Origin: Lama guanicoe
Lineage: Eukaryota
DNA length: 64,000 bases
Direction of reading: 5' to 3'
NCBI GenBank assembly: GCA_013239625.1
Contig: MU053881.1
Location: 14,188,373 to 14,252,372 of the forward strand
Of the stretch, positions 24,704 to 37,047 are shown in pieces. The position numbers and the translations under genes were made by a program. The number at the start of each line of letters is the position of its first letter. Position 1 is the first letter of the stretch. Under the pieces are notes generated by a model. It was not told where the DNA came from, searched no databases, and saw only the letters and a list, made by a program, of their open reading frames with translations.

Positions 24704-25782
24704 AGACAAAACTTAGAACTCAATATTAAACACAGTTTAGAACTTGCTGGTATCAGAAAGACTAAAGAAGGCTTGAGAAGCCATCAGGATGGTTTCTCAG
24801 AAGGTACAAAGAGGCCACAGTGATGCCCCAAATGATCTAGAGAAGTCAGAACACAGGCACTCCGACCTGCACAGACTCGGGCCAGGAGGCTGGATGCAGG
24901 AGAGGGAGGAGGTCAAAGGAAGAGCTCTGGAGCAGGGACGTCAATAGGCATGAGGGGTCCTTTGCACCTGGGGGGAAGGAGGGCAAAGCCAGCTGTGATG
25001 CTGGAGAGCTGATGATATTCTGTGGACAGTCAGCAAAGAGCCAAGCCCAGTCCTAACCCAGAGACAGCGGGAGAGCCACACAGCAACCCCAGCTCTTCAG
25101 GGGAGGGAGACGTGGCCATCAGTGACGGCACGTGTCCATCCTGGGACCTTCCAGTTGCCCCCTTCCCACAGGCAAGCTGGCTGCATGGTGTCTTCCTTGA
25201 GGGTCTAACATGAAAAGAAGTTAATGCAGCAAAAACATGCACTGTAAATGGCTTCACTTCTCCCAGGCAGGAAAAGGAAAGCACAAAATGAGAACGCTTG
25301 CCTCTGAAGCCCTGAGCTCTGTCTTGGGAACCCGTGATCCTGGGCTCTGTTTGAGCTCTCCCTTTTGGATGCTATTCAGAACCCTTGGAACCTCTAAACT
25401 TTCTTGTTCATATGAGCACAGGCAGCTCATGAATGACCATCAGTAGCTGAGCACTTAACTAGGTACCAAAATCCAGTTGCACTGAGACCTTTCTTGAAAC
25501 CCAAGGAACTAGTTGCTGTTGTTTTAAACCCACTTTCCATGGAAGCAGAACCAATTCTCAAAGCAGTTTTAGTGGCTTTCACGAAGGTCACACAGAGCTG
25601 GAGCTTGAACGGAGGTCTGTCACCCCCAGGTCCTGCTCTTAATGGTTCCATTCTGTTGCCTCTAAGATCAGAAGCGTTGTGAGTGCTGTATTGCCTGCCC
25701 CAGCTGTGCTCAAGAGAGTGGCTTACAGAGGTGAGAGGCTTGCTCTGATGGTGGGGACTGTCGATGTGTTCTCTCCTGGCAG

Positions 25783-25863
25783 TGCTATAACCCGTGGACT
25801 TTCTGGCTGTCCATCGTAGATGCGTTCTACCAGAGCCTCGTCTGTTTCTTTATCCCCTACCTG
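25783..25863 (+). CDS. ATP10B: ATP10B coding exon ([27 protein letters not shown]), TM7
   Basis: Acceptor ctcctggcag|TGC; donor CTG|GTAAGT; 81 bp, phase 0 to 0. Too short for the ORF track; found by reading. Confidence 0.93.
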
Positions 25864-27179
25864 GTAAGTTGTACGACCCCATTCTAACCATACAGATCGC
25901 GGGGTGGAACTGGTCCTGTTTATATGAAATCCCAGACTAACTGTATCTTTCTGGACACTTCAGAGCAGAGGCTCCATATAGGTGGCCTACAGACTCCATC
26001 CAACCCAGGATATTTGAAAAGTCAGAATAGTTTACCAAAACATCTTAATTTCTGCCAGCTTGTGAAAAACTAAAAGCTATCATTACACTGGGTCATTTTT
26101 CCCTCCTAGCAAAAATCCCGAGTCGACTCACTGCCCTGCTTTGATGGGGTGCATGTTTTCCACTTTGCCATAGTCCTCACCATGCCCTTTTGTGTTCCAC
26201 GTGGCCTTCTTCACTCACTCACTGCTTCTTACTTGAGCCCTGAAGGTTTCTGAATTTGCAACCCTTGATTTATATCTATATTTGTGCTTCCAAGGTCAAA
26301 GCAGCAAGTCTTATAATAAGGGATACTCCCTGATCAGAAATAGAAATGAGAATAGCAAGGGATACCAGTCCCATCTCAGTTTCGTTCCTCAGTTTAAAGA
26401 GTGAGAATTTATACAGCATGGGTGTGTGTGTTCCTCCTGGACAGGGAACTAAGATGTGGGGTAATCGCTACCAGGTGAACAGTGGTGTCTATCCGGCCTC
26501 TGGGCTGACATTCTTTTGCAATTAGCAACATGATGGGTGTTGAGGAGGCGGCATTTTGTGCTTTCTGTGCATTTTCTGGTTTACAGTACCCTCCCTGGCC
26601 AGGCCTCTGCCTGCCTCTCCTGCTTCATCCTTTGCCCTTCCTATGTATTCAACAGACCGACCACCTAGGACTATTTGGACTTTTCACCCTCGGTTCTGCC
26701 CTTTGCCTGGTCAGCCTTTCCTCTCTCTGCAAGAGAGTATCTCCTCTTATTAGGGCCTCAGCTGAGCGCTCTGTTCTGCTCCCAGGGTGCCTTGTACTTG
26801 CCTCCATTCTGGCATTTACCCCTTTAAATTGTACCACATCTGCCCTGCCCAGGAGACTGCACTCCTTCAAAGTGGAGACGAATTTTAGCAATTGGCATTG
26901 TGCCCGGTACGTACTCGATAAATCCTTTGCCCCCTCTTTCCGCAGTGCTCTGGAATACTTTTTGTGGCTTCCTTTGCAAATGCATCTTTAAGTCCTGTCA
27001 ACTCATCCCTCATCTTGTCTGTTCCGTGGCTCAGCTCCACGTGTGTGGCAGCTGGATAGCTCCTCCCCACTCCTCCCCCTCCGGTCACACCTGCCCTCAC
27101 TGATGCTTTACAGTCATTTGTCAAAGTCAAGGCCTTCGGCCCACGGGCGCATCTGACAGTGTCTCTTTCTCCTCTGAAG

Positions 27180-27284
27180 ACCTACAAGGACTCTGACATT
27201 GACGTCTTTACCTTCGGGACACCCGTCAACACCATCTCCCTCGCCACAATCCTCTTGCATCAGGCAATGGAAATGAAGACCTGG
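27180..27284 (+). CDS. ATP10B: ATP10B coding exon ([35 protein letters not shown]), TM8
   Basis: Acceptor ctctttctcctctgaag|ACC (AAG type); donor TGG|GTAAGT; 105 bp, phase 0 to 0. Confidence 0.92.
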
Positions 27285-27905
27285 GTAAGTACCCCAGAGC
27301 CCCTTTGGCCTGAAAATCATGTTCCTGGCCATCAGCCACATTCAGATTTCTGAGTTGTTCTACTCCGTATCATTGATCCACTCGGTAAGTACACACTGAA
27401 CTCCTTGTGTTCCCCGTGGATAAAGAGGTGCTTACCGCCTGGCCAGGATGATAAAATTGACACATGTAAAACAATGAGACAATTTGTTACCAGAACAGGT
27501 ATTTTTGATAAAAAAAAAAAATTCAGGGGCGTTTGAGAGACAAGGAGAACAGGAGACTGACTACCCAAGGCTGTGTTAGGGAGCTATGTGCCCCATTTAA
27601 TTTGCAGGTAGAGGAGTAAAGACTGTCTTCAGGTAAGCATGTCAAGCGTCTCCAAATAGCACCTTTTAGTGTCTAAGGCAACACCAGCTTTCTCGTTAAC
27701 TTCTACTAGTCAACGATAATTATAAAGACAAAGTGTTTAAAATTATATACCCGGTAACTATCTACATGATCTTTTAATGTATTATCTCATTTAACCTCCC
27801 AGAGCCCTTCGTGTTAGATAGGATTTGGAGGGGTTTTGAGATTGAGGTACGCAGTGCTGTATGTCAGTTATAAGTTGTACTGCATGACGACTTGACACAC
27901 ATACG

Positions 27906-28089
27906 CAGTTGACCCTCGGACAAGCAGGAGCCCCAAACCCTCCATGCAGTGGAAACTCCACGTAGAACTTTACAGCTGGCCCTCCATATCCCCAGTTCCA
28001 CAACCGTGGGTGGGGTAGCACTGTGGTAGGTACTTAGTGAAAAAAAAAAATCTGTGTCTACAAGGACCTGTACTGTTAAGGGTCAGTTG
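27906..28089. mobile_element. TcMar-Tigger (Tigger2-like) MITE
   Basis: Terminal inverted repeats CAGTTGACCCT ... AGGGTCAGTTG followed by TA. Confidence 0.75.
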
Positions 28090-28648
28090 TACTGCAAAGT
28101 GACAGGTGTTAACTAAACTTATTATGGTAAGCATTTTGCAATACATGCATGTGTTAGGGGTTTTTTTAATTCCCATTTTATAGAGCTATACATAGAAACA
28201 GAAATAGGTATAAAGAGGTGAGGAAACTTTCCCCAAGTAGTTCAGGACTGAAGCAAGTTTGACCCTTTTAACCTCCATGCTAATAGTGTGAGGAGACAAG
28301 ACTGACTGGTTTCAGGGAGCCCACTTTACAGAAAGATGTGTCCTTGGCCAAGATGAAATGGCTTTCCTGAAAGCATTTCTATTTATTAAATATCTAGAAA
28401 ACTGCCCCAAGCAGGCTCAGTGTGTTCCCAACATTCTGCAATCGGATCTCCTCCCCACCCCCTACCTCCAAGAGCTAGACCGGCCCTGACATGCTGGGCA
28501 CTGGTGGATAAGGGCCACCCAAAGGAGCTTCCGGATCACAGAGTTCCCATTTGAAACCCGCTCTGCTCCAATTCATGCCAATGACAGATGGAACAAAGAG
28601 ATAAAACCAAAAAGGTACGGCAAGCTTAAGCACAAGCTCAGTTTCTTT

Positions 28649-30078
28649 TTTTCTTTCAGTATATGTTTATTGATGTATAGTCAGCTTACTGTTGTGTCAA
28701 TTCCTGGTGTACAGCACAGTGCTTCAGTCATATGGGAACAGACATATATTCGTTTGCATATTTTTTTCACTGTATACAACAAGATATTGACTATGGTTCC
28801 CTGTGCCGTACTGTATACACTTGCTGCTTATGTATGTTATGCATATTAGTTAGTATCTGCAAATCTCAAACTCCCAATTTCTCTTCCAACGCCCTCTCCT
28901 CCTCACCAGTAATCATAAGTTTGTTTTCTATGTCAGTGAGTCTGTTTCTGTTTTGCGAATAAGTTTGTCTTTTTTTTTTAGATTCCACATCTAAGTGATA
29001 TCATATGGTAGTTTTCTCTCTCTCTCTGGCTTATTTCACTTAGAATGACATTCTCCAGGGCCAGCCATGTTGCTGCAAATGGCATTTATTCTTTTTATGG
29101 CAGAGTAGTATTCCATTGTATAAATACACCACAGCTTCTTTATCCAGTCATCTGATGGACATTTAGGCTGTTTCCATGTCTTGGCTATTGTAAATAGTGC
29201 TGCTATGAACATTGGGGTGCATGTATCTCTTTGAACTAAGGTTCCCTCTGGATATATGTCCAGGAGTGGGATTGCTGGATCATACGGTAAGTCTGTGTTT
29301 AGTCTTTTGAGGAATCTCCGTACTGTTTTCCATAATGACTACATTCCCACCAGCAGTGTAGGAGGGGGTCCCTTTTTTCCACAGCCTCTCTAGCATTTCT
29401 CATTCGTGGATTTTTTTTTTAATGATGGCCATTCTGATTGGTGTGAGGCTTCAGTGTAGCTTTGATTTGCATTTCTCTGATAATTACCAATATTGAGCAT
29501 TTTTTCAAGTGCCTATTGGCCATTTTTATGTCTTCATTGGGAGAATTTCTTGTTTAGATCCTCTGCTCCATTTTTGGACTGGGTTGTTTGTTTTTCTCTT
29601 ATCAAGTTGTATGAGCTGTTTATATATTCTGGAAATCAAGCCCTTGTCGGCCTCGTCTTTTCAAATATTTTCTCCAATTCCGTAGGTTGTCTTTTTGTTT
29701 TGCTTATGGTTGCCTTTGCTGTGCAAAGAGAGCCCAGAAATGAACCCACAAACTTTTGGTCAATTAATCTTTGACAAATGGAGTAAAGACTGTCTCTTCA
29801 GCAAATGGTGCTGGGAAAACTGGACAGCTACATATAGATCAGTGAAGTTAGAATATTCCCTCACACCATACACAAAAATAAACTCAAAGTTGCTTAATGA
29901 CTTAAACATAAGACAAGACACTATAAACCTCTTAGAAGAAAATATAGCCAAACATTATCCAACATAAATCTCAGCAATGTTCTCCCAGGGCAGTCTACCC
30001 AGGCAATAGCAATAAAAGCAAAAATAAATAAATGGGACCTAGTTAAACTTATAAGCTTTTGCACAGCAAAGGAAACCA
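28649..30078 (-). mobile_element. L1 with 5' inversion (minus-strand 3' part 28649-29727; plus-strand inverted part 29728-30078)
   Basis: Strand switch of ORF2 homology at ~29727 (plus part gives [17 protein letters not shown]...[10 protein letters not shown]); degenerate TSD cacaagctcagtttcttt / cacaggctacatttcttt. Confidence 0.88.
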
Positions 30079-30697
30079 CAGGCTACATTTCTTTCAAAAC
30101 CACCAGCACCAGAAGAGGCAGCCACATAGTGGGGAGAGGAGGTACTGGCTCAAACTGAAGGCTCTCTGGAATCCAGGGCAGGAAGCAGACCCTGGCAATG
30201 GGGAATCTGGCTCCTTTGGAGTAAGACACACACGAGCCTCGCTTACTGCTGGGTCCAAGGTTTGGACCAGCATTCCCCAACTCAAGGAGGAAAGATGACA
30301 AGCTATCTGGAGTTCTAGTTTTATCCAGAAGCTGTGAGGAAGGTAGACCAAACTGAGCCAAGCTAAGGAAACATTTACAACTCTTGAAAATGCACGTTTG
30401 TCACTGCAATTAAAAATGCAATTTGTGGGATCCACTCTGGACTGAACACTGACTAAGAGGAAACTACCGAACTGGAAGGTAATACTAGGAACTTACACAG
30501 AATGCCACACAAACATAAAAATGTAACTAAGAGGAATGGTGGCGAGAATAAACGGCTCCAGCAGCCACATGACAAGAGTCAAGGAAAGAATGGTGGAGAA
30601 GCTATATCTGAAGAGATAATCCATTGGGAATGACACTTAATCAAAATAAATCTGGATAAACTGCCTGGTGTATCACAGTAAAAACTGCACAGGTAAA

Positions 30698-31743
30698 TCA
30701 CAGCAATGTATTTTTTGAACCAGCTTCTGGAGTAATGGAAATAAAAGCAAAAATAAAGAAATGGGATCTGTTTAAACTTCAAAGCCTTTGCACAGCTAGG
30801 ATACCATCAACAAAACGAAAAGACAACTTACAGAATGGGAAAAACATATTTGCAAATGATGCGACCGACAAGGGACTAATTTCCAAAATATACAAACAAA
30901 CAAACAGCTCATACACCTTCATATTAAAAAATAAACAACCCAATCCAAAAATGGGCAGAAGACCTAAACAGGCAATTCTCCAGTAAAGACATACGAATGG
31001 CCAATAGGCACATGAAAAAATGCTCAGCATTGCTAATTGTCAGAGAAACGCAGATCAAAACTACAGTGAAATATCATCTCACAAAAATCTATGAACGATA
31101 AATGCTGGAAAGGGTGTGGAGCAGAGGGAACCCTCCTATACTGTTTGTGGGAATGTAGATTGGTGCAGCCCCTGTAGAGGACAGTAAGGTTCCTCAAAAA
31201 ACTAAAAATAGACTTACCATGTGATCCAGCAATCCCACTCCTGGGCATATATCCAGAGAGAACCTTAATTCAAAAAGACACATGCACCCCAATGTTCAAA
31301 GCAGCACTATTTATAACAGCCAAGACCTGGAAGCAACCTAAATGTCCATCGACAGATGACTGGATAAAGAAGCTGTGGTATATTTATACAATGGAATACT
31401 ACTCTGCCATAAAAAAGAATAAGCCAGAAAGAGAAAGAAAAATACCATATATCACTTATGTGTAGAATATTAAAAAAGGACACAAATGAATACTTATTAG
31501 TTATAACTTAGATGATTGATTCCTTGAATATGTGTAAGCACATTTGACTGTCCTTTATGATTGGATTACTGAATTCTGTTCATTCTTATTTTGTGGTTGG
31601 CTTTATTCCTTTGACAACTATGTAAGTTTAACAAGCTAATGCTCTTGGAAACAATGAGCAGTACATATATGTGAATTTAAAACTATGTGCAGTATATTAT
31701 ACAATATATTGCATGTAAATACATATATATATGTGCAATCAAA
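30698..31743 (+). mobile_element. 5'-truncated young L1 with the same non-standard 3' tail as 2911-3612
   Basis: ORF2 peptides MEIKAKIKKWDL...[16 protein letters not shown]; exact 18-bp TSD aaaaactgcacaggtaaa at 30680-30697 and 31744-31761. Confidence 0.9.
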
Positions 31744-32230
31744 AAAAACTGCACAGGTAAAAGACACAGAGACAATCTCAAAGTCTGATGGAGACTATGG
31801 ACAAATTACTTGAAAAGGAACAGCAGTTAAGCAAACAATGGAAATGAGAAAGCAGTAAAGTAGTTATTTTCAAAGACCTAAGTGATAAATGACATTTCCA
31901 GATAAACTCTATGAGGTCTACCACCCACAGACGTTCACTAAAGGAGGAAACATACAAGAATATCATAAAAGCTAAAACTATAAGAAACAATATAATGGTA
32001 AGAAAGGGCTGATCATTAGGTAATTAACTTATGCTAAAGCCTTCATCATGAATAGGAAGAGAATAGAAATACACATTTAACCATAAAGGAATGGAAGGAA
32101 ATAAGAGGAATATAGGAAACCATCCATCCTGCAGGCTGTAGAGAAGATGAAAAAGTAAGAATAAAGAAAGTGGTGGCAAAAAATTCAAAATATGTTCAAA
32201 ATAAATCCAAATACATCGGTCCTCATATAA

Positions 32231-32286
32231 ATGTAAATGTGTTTAATTCATCCACTAAGTGTAAATGTGTTTAATTCATCCACTAA
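32231..32286. repeat. 28-bp tandem duplication
   Basis: tgtaaatgtgtttaattcatccactaa occurs exactly at 32232-32258 and 32260-32286. Confidence 0.95.
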
Positions 32287-32742
32287 AAGAAAAATTATCA
32301 GATTGTATTTTTTTCACCCAGCAAATATAAAGAGAAATTGAAAAATTTATGTCTAGTTTTATACATGTATCAGAAACAGGCATAGGTCAAGAGTAAATCA
32401 TGATGGAAACTATACTTGCTGCTGAACAGCTATAAAAGTATTATATATGCACACTTGTGGGATGCAGCTGAAGATTTTACTACTGAAAACAAAAAGATGA
32501 AAAACAAGCTAAGAATTCAACTCAAGGAACTTAAACTTACCATGTAAACCTAAAGAAGATAGAGGAAAAAAACATGAGAGGAGATACAAGAAAACAAGAA
32601 AGATGAGTAAGACCAAAACTGAGCTCTTCAAAACCCTAATGAAAACTGATCTCTAGCAAAACTGATTCAGGAAAAGACACAGAAAGAGGAGACCACAAAA
32701 ATAATAACACTAGGAATGAAAAAGACTTCAATTATAGATACA

Positions 32743-32893
32743 CAGTTGTCTCTTAGTACCTGCGGGGTACTGGTTCCAGGACCCCAACGGATAGCAAAAT
32801 CCACAGATGTTCAAGTCCTCTACATAAAATGGCGTGGAACAGTCAGCCTTCCATATCCGCGAATTTGGAACTCGTGTATACAAAAGTCCATGT
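32743..32893. mobile_element. TcMar-Tigger MER2-like MITE
   Basis: cagttgtctcttagtacctgcggggtactggttccaggacccc...aaaatccacagatgttcaagtcc...ataaaatggcgt resembles the MER2 left end. Confidence 0.7.
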
Positions 32894-33504
32894 AATCAAT
32901 ATTTTTCCTGAAAATTTAAACCAAGTCAATAATTTCTTTAAATGTAAAATTTACCAAAACATAGTCAAAATCATTCAGGAAACCTGAATAAACCAATCAC
33001 CATGAAAGAAATTCAACTGGTAATCCTGTCCCTAAAGACACCAAGCCAAAGGCTATAAAGGTGAGTTTGACTGAATTTACAGGGGACAGATAATTCCTAT
33101 CTCAAGTCAATTTTTTTATGGATTCAAAAAATGTAACCAATTTAATTTTCATGGCTAGAATAATTCTGATACCAAAATGGGCATGAACAGTTCAAGGAAA
33201 CAAAATCATAGACCAGTCTCCTCAATGAACACAGATGTAAACAATTCTAAATGAAATATTGGCAAATCAATCAACTCAGCAGTATGTTAAAGATAATAAA
33301 GTCCAACCAAGGAAGGTTTTATATTCTGTTGGTAAACTGTAAACTGATACCACCCCTCTGGAGGACAATTTGAAAATAGCTAGAGAAGTTTAAGTAATCT
33401 TATCCTATGACACAATTGCACTTCTAAATATGCACCCTGGACAATACTCTTGCACATGGATATACCTAATCAAGTACAAGAGTGTTTCCTACATCATTGT
33501 CCTT

Positions 33505-33745
33505 TTTAACTGAAGTATTGTGAGTTTCTGGTGCACAGCACAATGTCCCAGTCATGCATATACATACATACATACATACATTTGTTTTCATATTTGTTTT
33601 CATTAAAGGTTATACAAGATGGTGAATACAGTTCCCTGTGCTCTACAGAAGAAATATGTTTTTATATCTTCATGCATAGTGGTTAACCTTTGCAAATCTC
33701 AAACACCCCAATTTATCCCCTCCCACCCCCTTGTCCCTGTTAACC
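33505..33745 (-). mobile_element. Short L1 3' end
   Basis: Reverse L1 3' UTR; TSD catcattgt(c/t)ctt at 33492-33504 and 33746-33758. Confidence 0.82.
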
Positions 33746-34113
33746 CATCATTGTTCTTAGTAGCAAAAAAAAAAAATTTTTTTTTGATAGCAACCTAAAT
33801 GTTCATCAACAAGAAAATAAATTATGGCATATTCATATACTAGAACAGTTAAACTAGAACTGCATTTATCAACATAAATAAAGCTCCAAAGCATAACATC
33901 TAATGAAAAAAACTGCACAAGGATACCTATACATGATACAATAAAAAAAAGCATCCATTAACATCAGTATGTAAACATGTAAATATAACATACATGAAAG
34001 AAAGATGAACACCAATTTTATTTTCAGGATTAAAGAGAAGGCATTTGCCAGACGTGGGTGCTTCAATTATATCCGTAAGGCTTAACCTTTTAATAAAATC
34101 TGAGGCAAATATG

Positions 34114-34560
34114 TGTTGAGGAAGAAAAAATAATTTTCCCTCTACCCTTCTAGGTTCTTGGCTGAGACACTCCTGTAATAAAAGACAGATTAATGGGAGA
34201 AAAACAAACACAAGTTTATAAATACCTCCTATACACACAGGAGAGACACAGGAAACTGAGTAATTCCCTGAAAATTGCCCAAGTCACCACCTTAAATGCC
34301 ATCTCTAGCTAAAGACAAGAGAAGTTTTGGGGGTTAGGGGAGGCCAGTTATGGGAGTTAATACAGATTTTCTAGATGTTTAGAATCATCCTTTTCCTTCT
34401 GGTAGAGAGGAAGACACCCTTATAAATGTAAATGTCTCTTACAAAAAGATAACTGCTCCTCAGTTTTCAGAGCTTACCCTGTGTCTGCTGTTTCTTAAAA
34501 ATAACAAGCGAAAAATAATCCATATGTCAGAGATGTATTTTGGGGTGACAGTCTACTCCA
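34114..34560 (-). mobile_element. ERV1 solo LTR, MER41-like
   Basis: TG...CA termini with a near 4-bp TSD (tatg/tgtg); interrupts a contiguous L1M end; segments aaaagacagattaa...gagaaaaac and aaaataatccatatg...tattttggggtg resemble MER41-family LTRs as recalled. Strand inferred. Confidence 0.65.
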
Positions 34561-35637
34561 TGTGGTACAAGTTTCAACTTGATGAAGCTGGGTATTGAGT
34601 ATACGAGGATTGTTGTCTGTGTGCTTGAAATATTTCACAATGACATAATTACATTTTTAAAACACTAGCCCAAGATATTTCCCAAGAGGAACTCTGCTGC
34701 CTACGATCCTCTTAATCATTAGGTATTTTTAACCTTTCAAAATGCCCTGTCAAGTCTCATCCAGCCCCAGAGATTCCGTACCCTCTCCGACTGGTCGTCC
34801 AGCCCTCTTCCTCAGAGCACTGCATCCACCTGCTTCAAAAGAGGGAACCTGTTCCTTTCATTCACCCTTCTGCGCTGTTAACCCACCCAGTGCATCTCTA
34901 GACCAGGAATCCCAGTGGTTACAGGTGATTTCTGATGCTCTTGGGAAAGGAGTCAGCTACTAGAATCATTATAGAAAAATATTTCCCTTTTGAAAGTGCT
35001 TGGAGCAGAGGGAGGGTGCCTCTCTTTGCTGGGTAGAAAGCTTCACATGAATTTTAATAGCTGTGTCGGTTTTCACAGTCCTCACCAAAGCAACTGAAAA
35101 TGTTAACTGCTTTCTTCTTCAGGAACAGGGGCTAGGTCAGGCAACCATCTCTCCCACTGAAAACAAGCTAATGGATAAATACAGACTAAAGGTATGAGAA
35201 AGACGGCAGGATAGAAGAGACCGGAACCTCTGGGAAAGATGGATCGCGGGGAAGCAGCCTGGCCAAAGCCTCTCTTTTCCTGAGGGTGCTTGCAACCCCG
35301 CCCAAAACGAACTTTTTGGCAGACTTGATGGAGCATAAGGTTCAGAATTTAAAACCCAGACTTCTAAAGTGGGAGTCTAGTAGGAGACTGTGTTAAATTA
35401 GGACCCCAGAGGCTGTACCTTCAGGGTAAGGGCACACGCAAAAGCGGACCTGCCTGCACCCCCTCCCCAGCAGGGACTGTAGAGATGGGTCCCCCTGTGC
35501 TGAACAGAGCAGAGAGAGTCCGAACCATTTCCTGGGAAATGGACCGTGGGCCGTCCTCACACAGATGTGCAGCCCAGATTCTTTGTATCACCTGGGTGAG
35601 CCAAACTTTGATGTATGAATTCAGTTTAAAATGGCTG

Positions 35638-36038
35638 TAGATTCCATGTATAAGTGATATCATATGATACTGGTCTGTGTCTGATTTACTTCACTTAGCG
35701 TGATAATATCTAGATCCATCCATCCACAAATAAACGTATTTATGAAACAGAACCAGATTCAGACAGAAAACAAACCCTTATGATTACCAATGGGGAAGAG
35801 GGGGTGAATAAATTAGGAGTTTGGGATTAGCAGATAAAAACAACTTTATATACAGAATAGATAAAACAACAAGGTTCTACTATATAGCACAGGGAACTAT
35901 AGTCAATAGTTTGTAATAACCTATAAAAATATATATTTTATACATATACATGAATATATGTGTAACTGAATCACTATGCTGTACACCAGAAACTAACACA
36001 ATGTTGTAAATCAACTATACTTCAATTAAAAAAAAAAA
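35638..36038 (+). mobile_element. Short L1 with 5' inversion (minus 35638-35725; plus 35726-36038)
   Basis: The reverse complement of the first part (ggatctag...aagtgaagtaa...atatgatatcacttatacatggaatcta) is the L1 segment that normally lies just before the plus part (acaaataaac...acagaaccagattcagac...A-tail). Confidence 0.8.
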
Positions 36039-37047
36039 CTAGCTTGACATTGCCTTAGGTTACTGCAAAATACACACCCACACACACACCCTCTCCAGAC
36101 AGTTGTCCTCAGCTTCACAGTCTCCCTAACTTTCCAAGGACAAGAAGCATCACACATTCAAAAATAAGGAAGCTCAAAATGAAACAAGAACTCATAAATG
36201 AAGATCACAGGCATCAGTCACAAGTATTTCGAGCACTGGAATTACTGGATATAAATTCTAGAAAAGCTCTGTTTGCTATGTTTAAAGAAGAATAAACTTT
36301 AAAGTATCTACGAGGATTGGTAAAACATACAAAGAAACCTAGATTTGAAAAAAGACCAAATAAAACAGTAGCAGGAAGAGAGACTTCAGGAGGCAGAGCT
36401 GTAAAGTACTCAGAAGTCCTTGCGTGATTCAGGAGGAGGGAGACATAGAAACTTTACTCTGCAGTTAAGTCAAGACTGCTTGTTATCATTTACTGAGTAA
36501 TCACTAAAAGAACAGAAATGGAGCATTTAACTTTCAAACTAGTAAAGGTGAGGATGCAATTGTACGAAATCATCAGTAAGTTTAAAAGAAGACAAGAATC
36601 GGAAGGCAAGACGCACAAGACAAGCAGGACAAAATACGATCAGCCCACGGCACACTGCACCGCTCTGAAAATGAGGAACCGACAGCCACGTGTGGGGAAA
36701 ACACGGCTCATCACACAAATATAATATTGAGGGAGAAAAGACAGAAGTCACCCCAAATATGACTATCCGACTTTTAAAAACAGGCTATCAAGGGAAATGT
36801 AGCTAGATGGTAAAACTACAGAATAGCATGAAAATTATCACCCAAGTCAAGGCTGAGACAGAAGATTTCGGGGTTTCTGGAGTACGGGTGGTAGCAACAT
36901 GGGTGTTTATAATGGTCCGTCAAAGGGCACACTTTTTAAAATGGTTTCTGTGTGTGTTGCATTTCCACAAAAAGAAGTTTATAACAAAGTTAGCCAAGTA
37001 GCGTGACTGCAGTCCCTTCAACGGCGTTCACCCCTTTCCTCCCGCAG

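Larger units (their letters stand above)
30330..34660 (+). mobile_element. Ancient degraded L1M element hosting nested insertions (young L1s, Tigger MITE, LTR)
   Basis: A-rich sense-strand sequence with degenerate ORF1/ORF2-like segments and an L1M-type 3' end (aaatctgaggcaaatatg ... gatgaagctgggt) split by the LTR; edges approximate. Confidence 0.6.

Noticed and set aside
25828..25836. YQS in FYQSLV as the glucosylceramide-selectivity motif
   Set aside because: The described YQS/Gln determinant of Dnf1/2 and ATP10-type flippases is in TM4, upstream of this window; this one is in TM7.
32231..32286. CRISPR-like repeat
   Set aside because: Only two adjacent copies with no spacer, in a mammalian intron; a simple tandem duplication.
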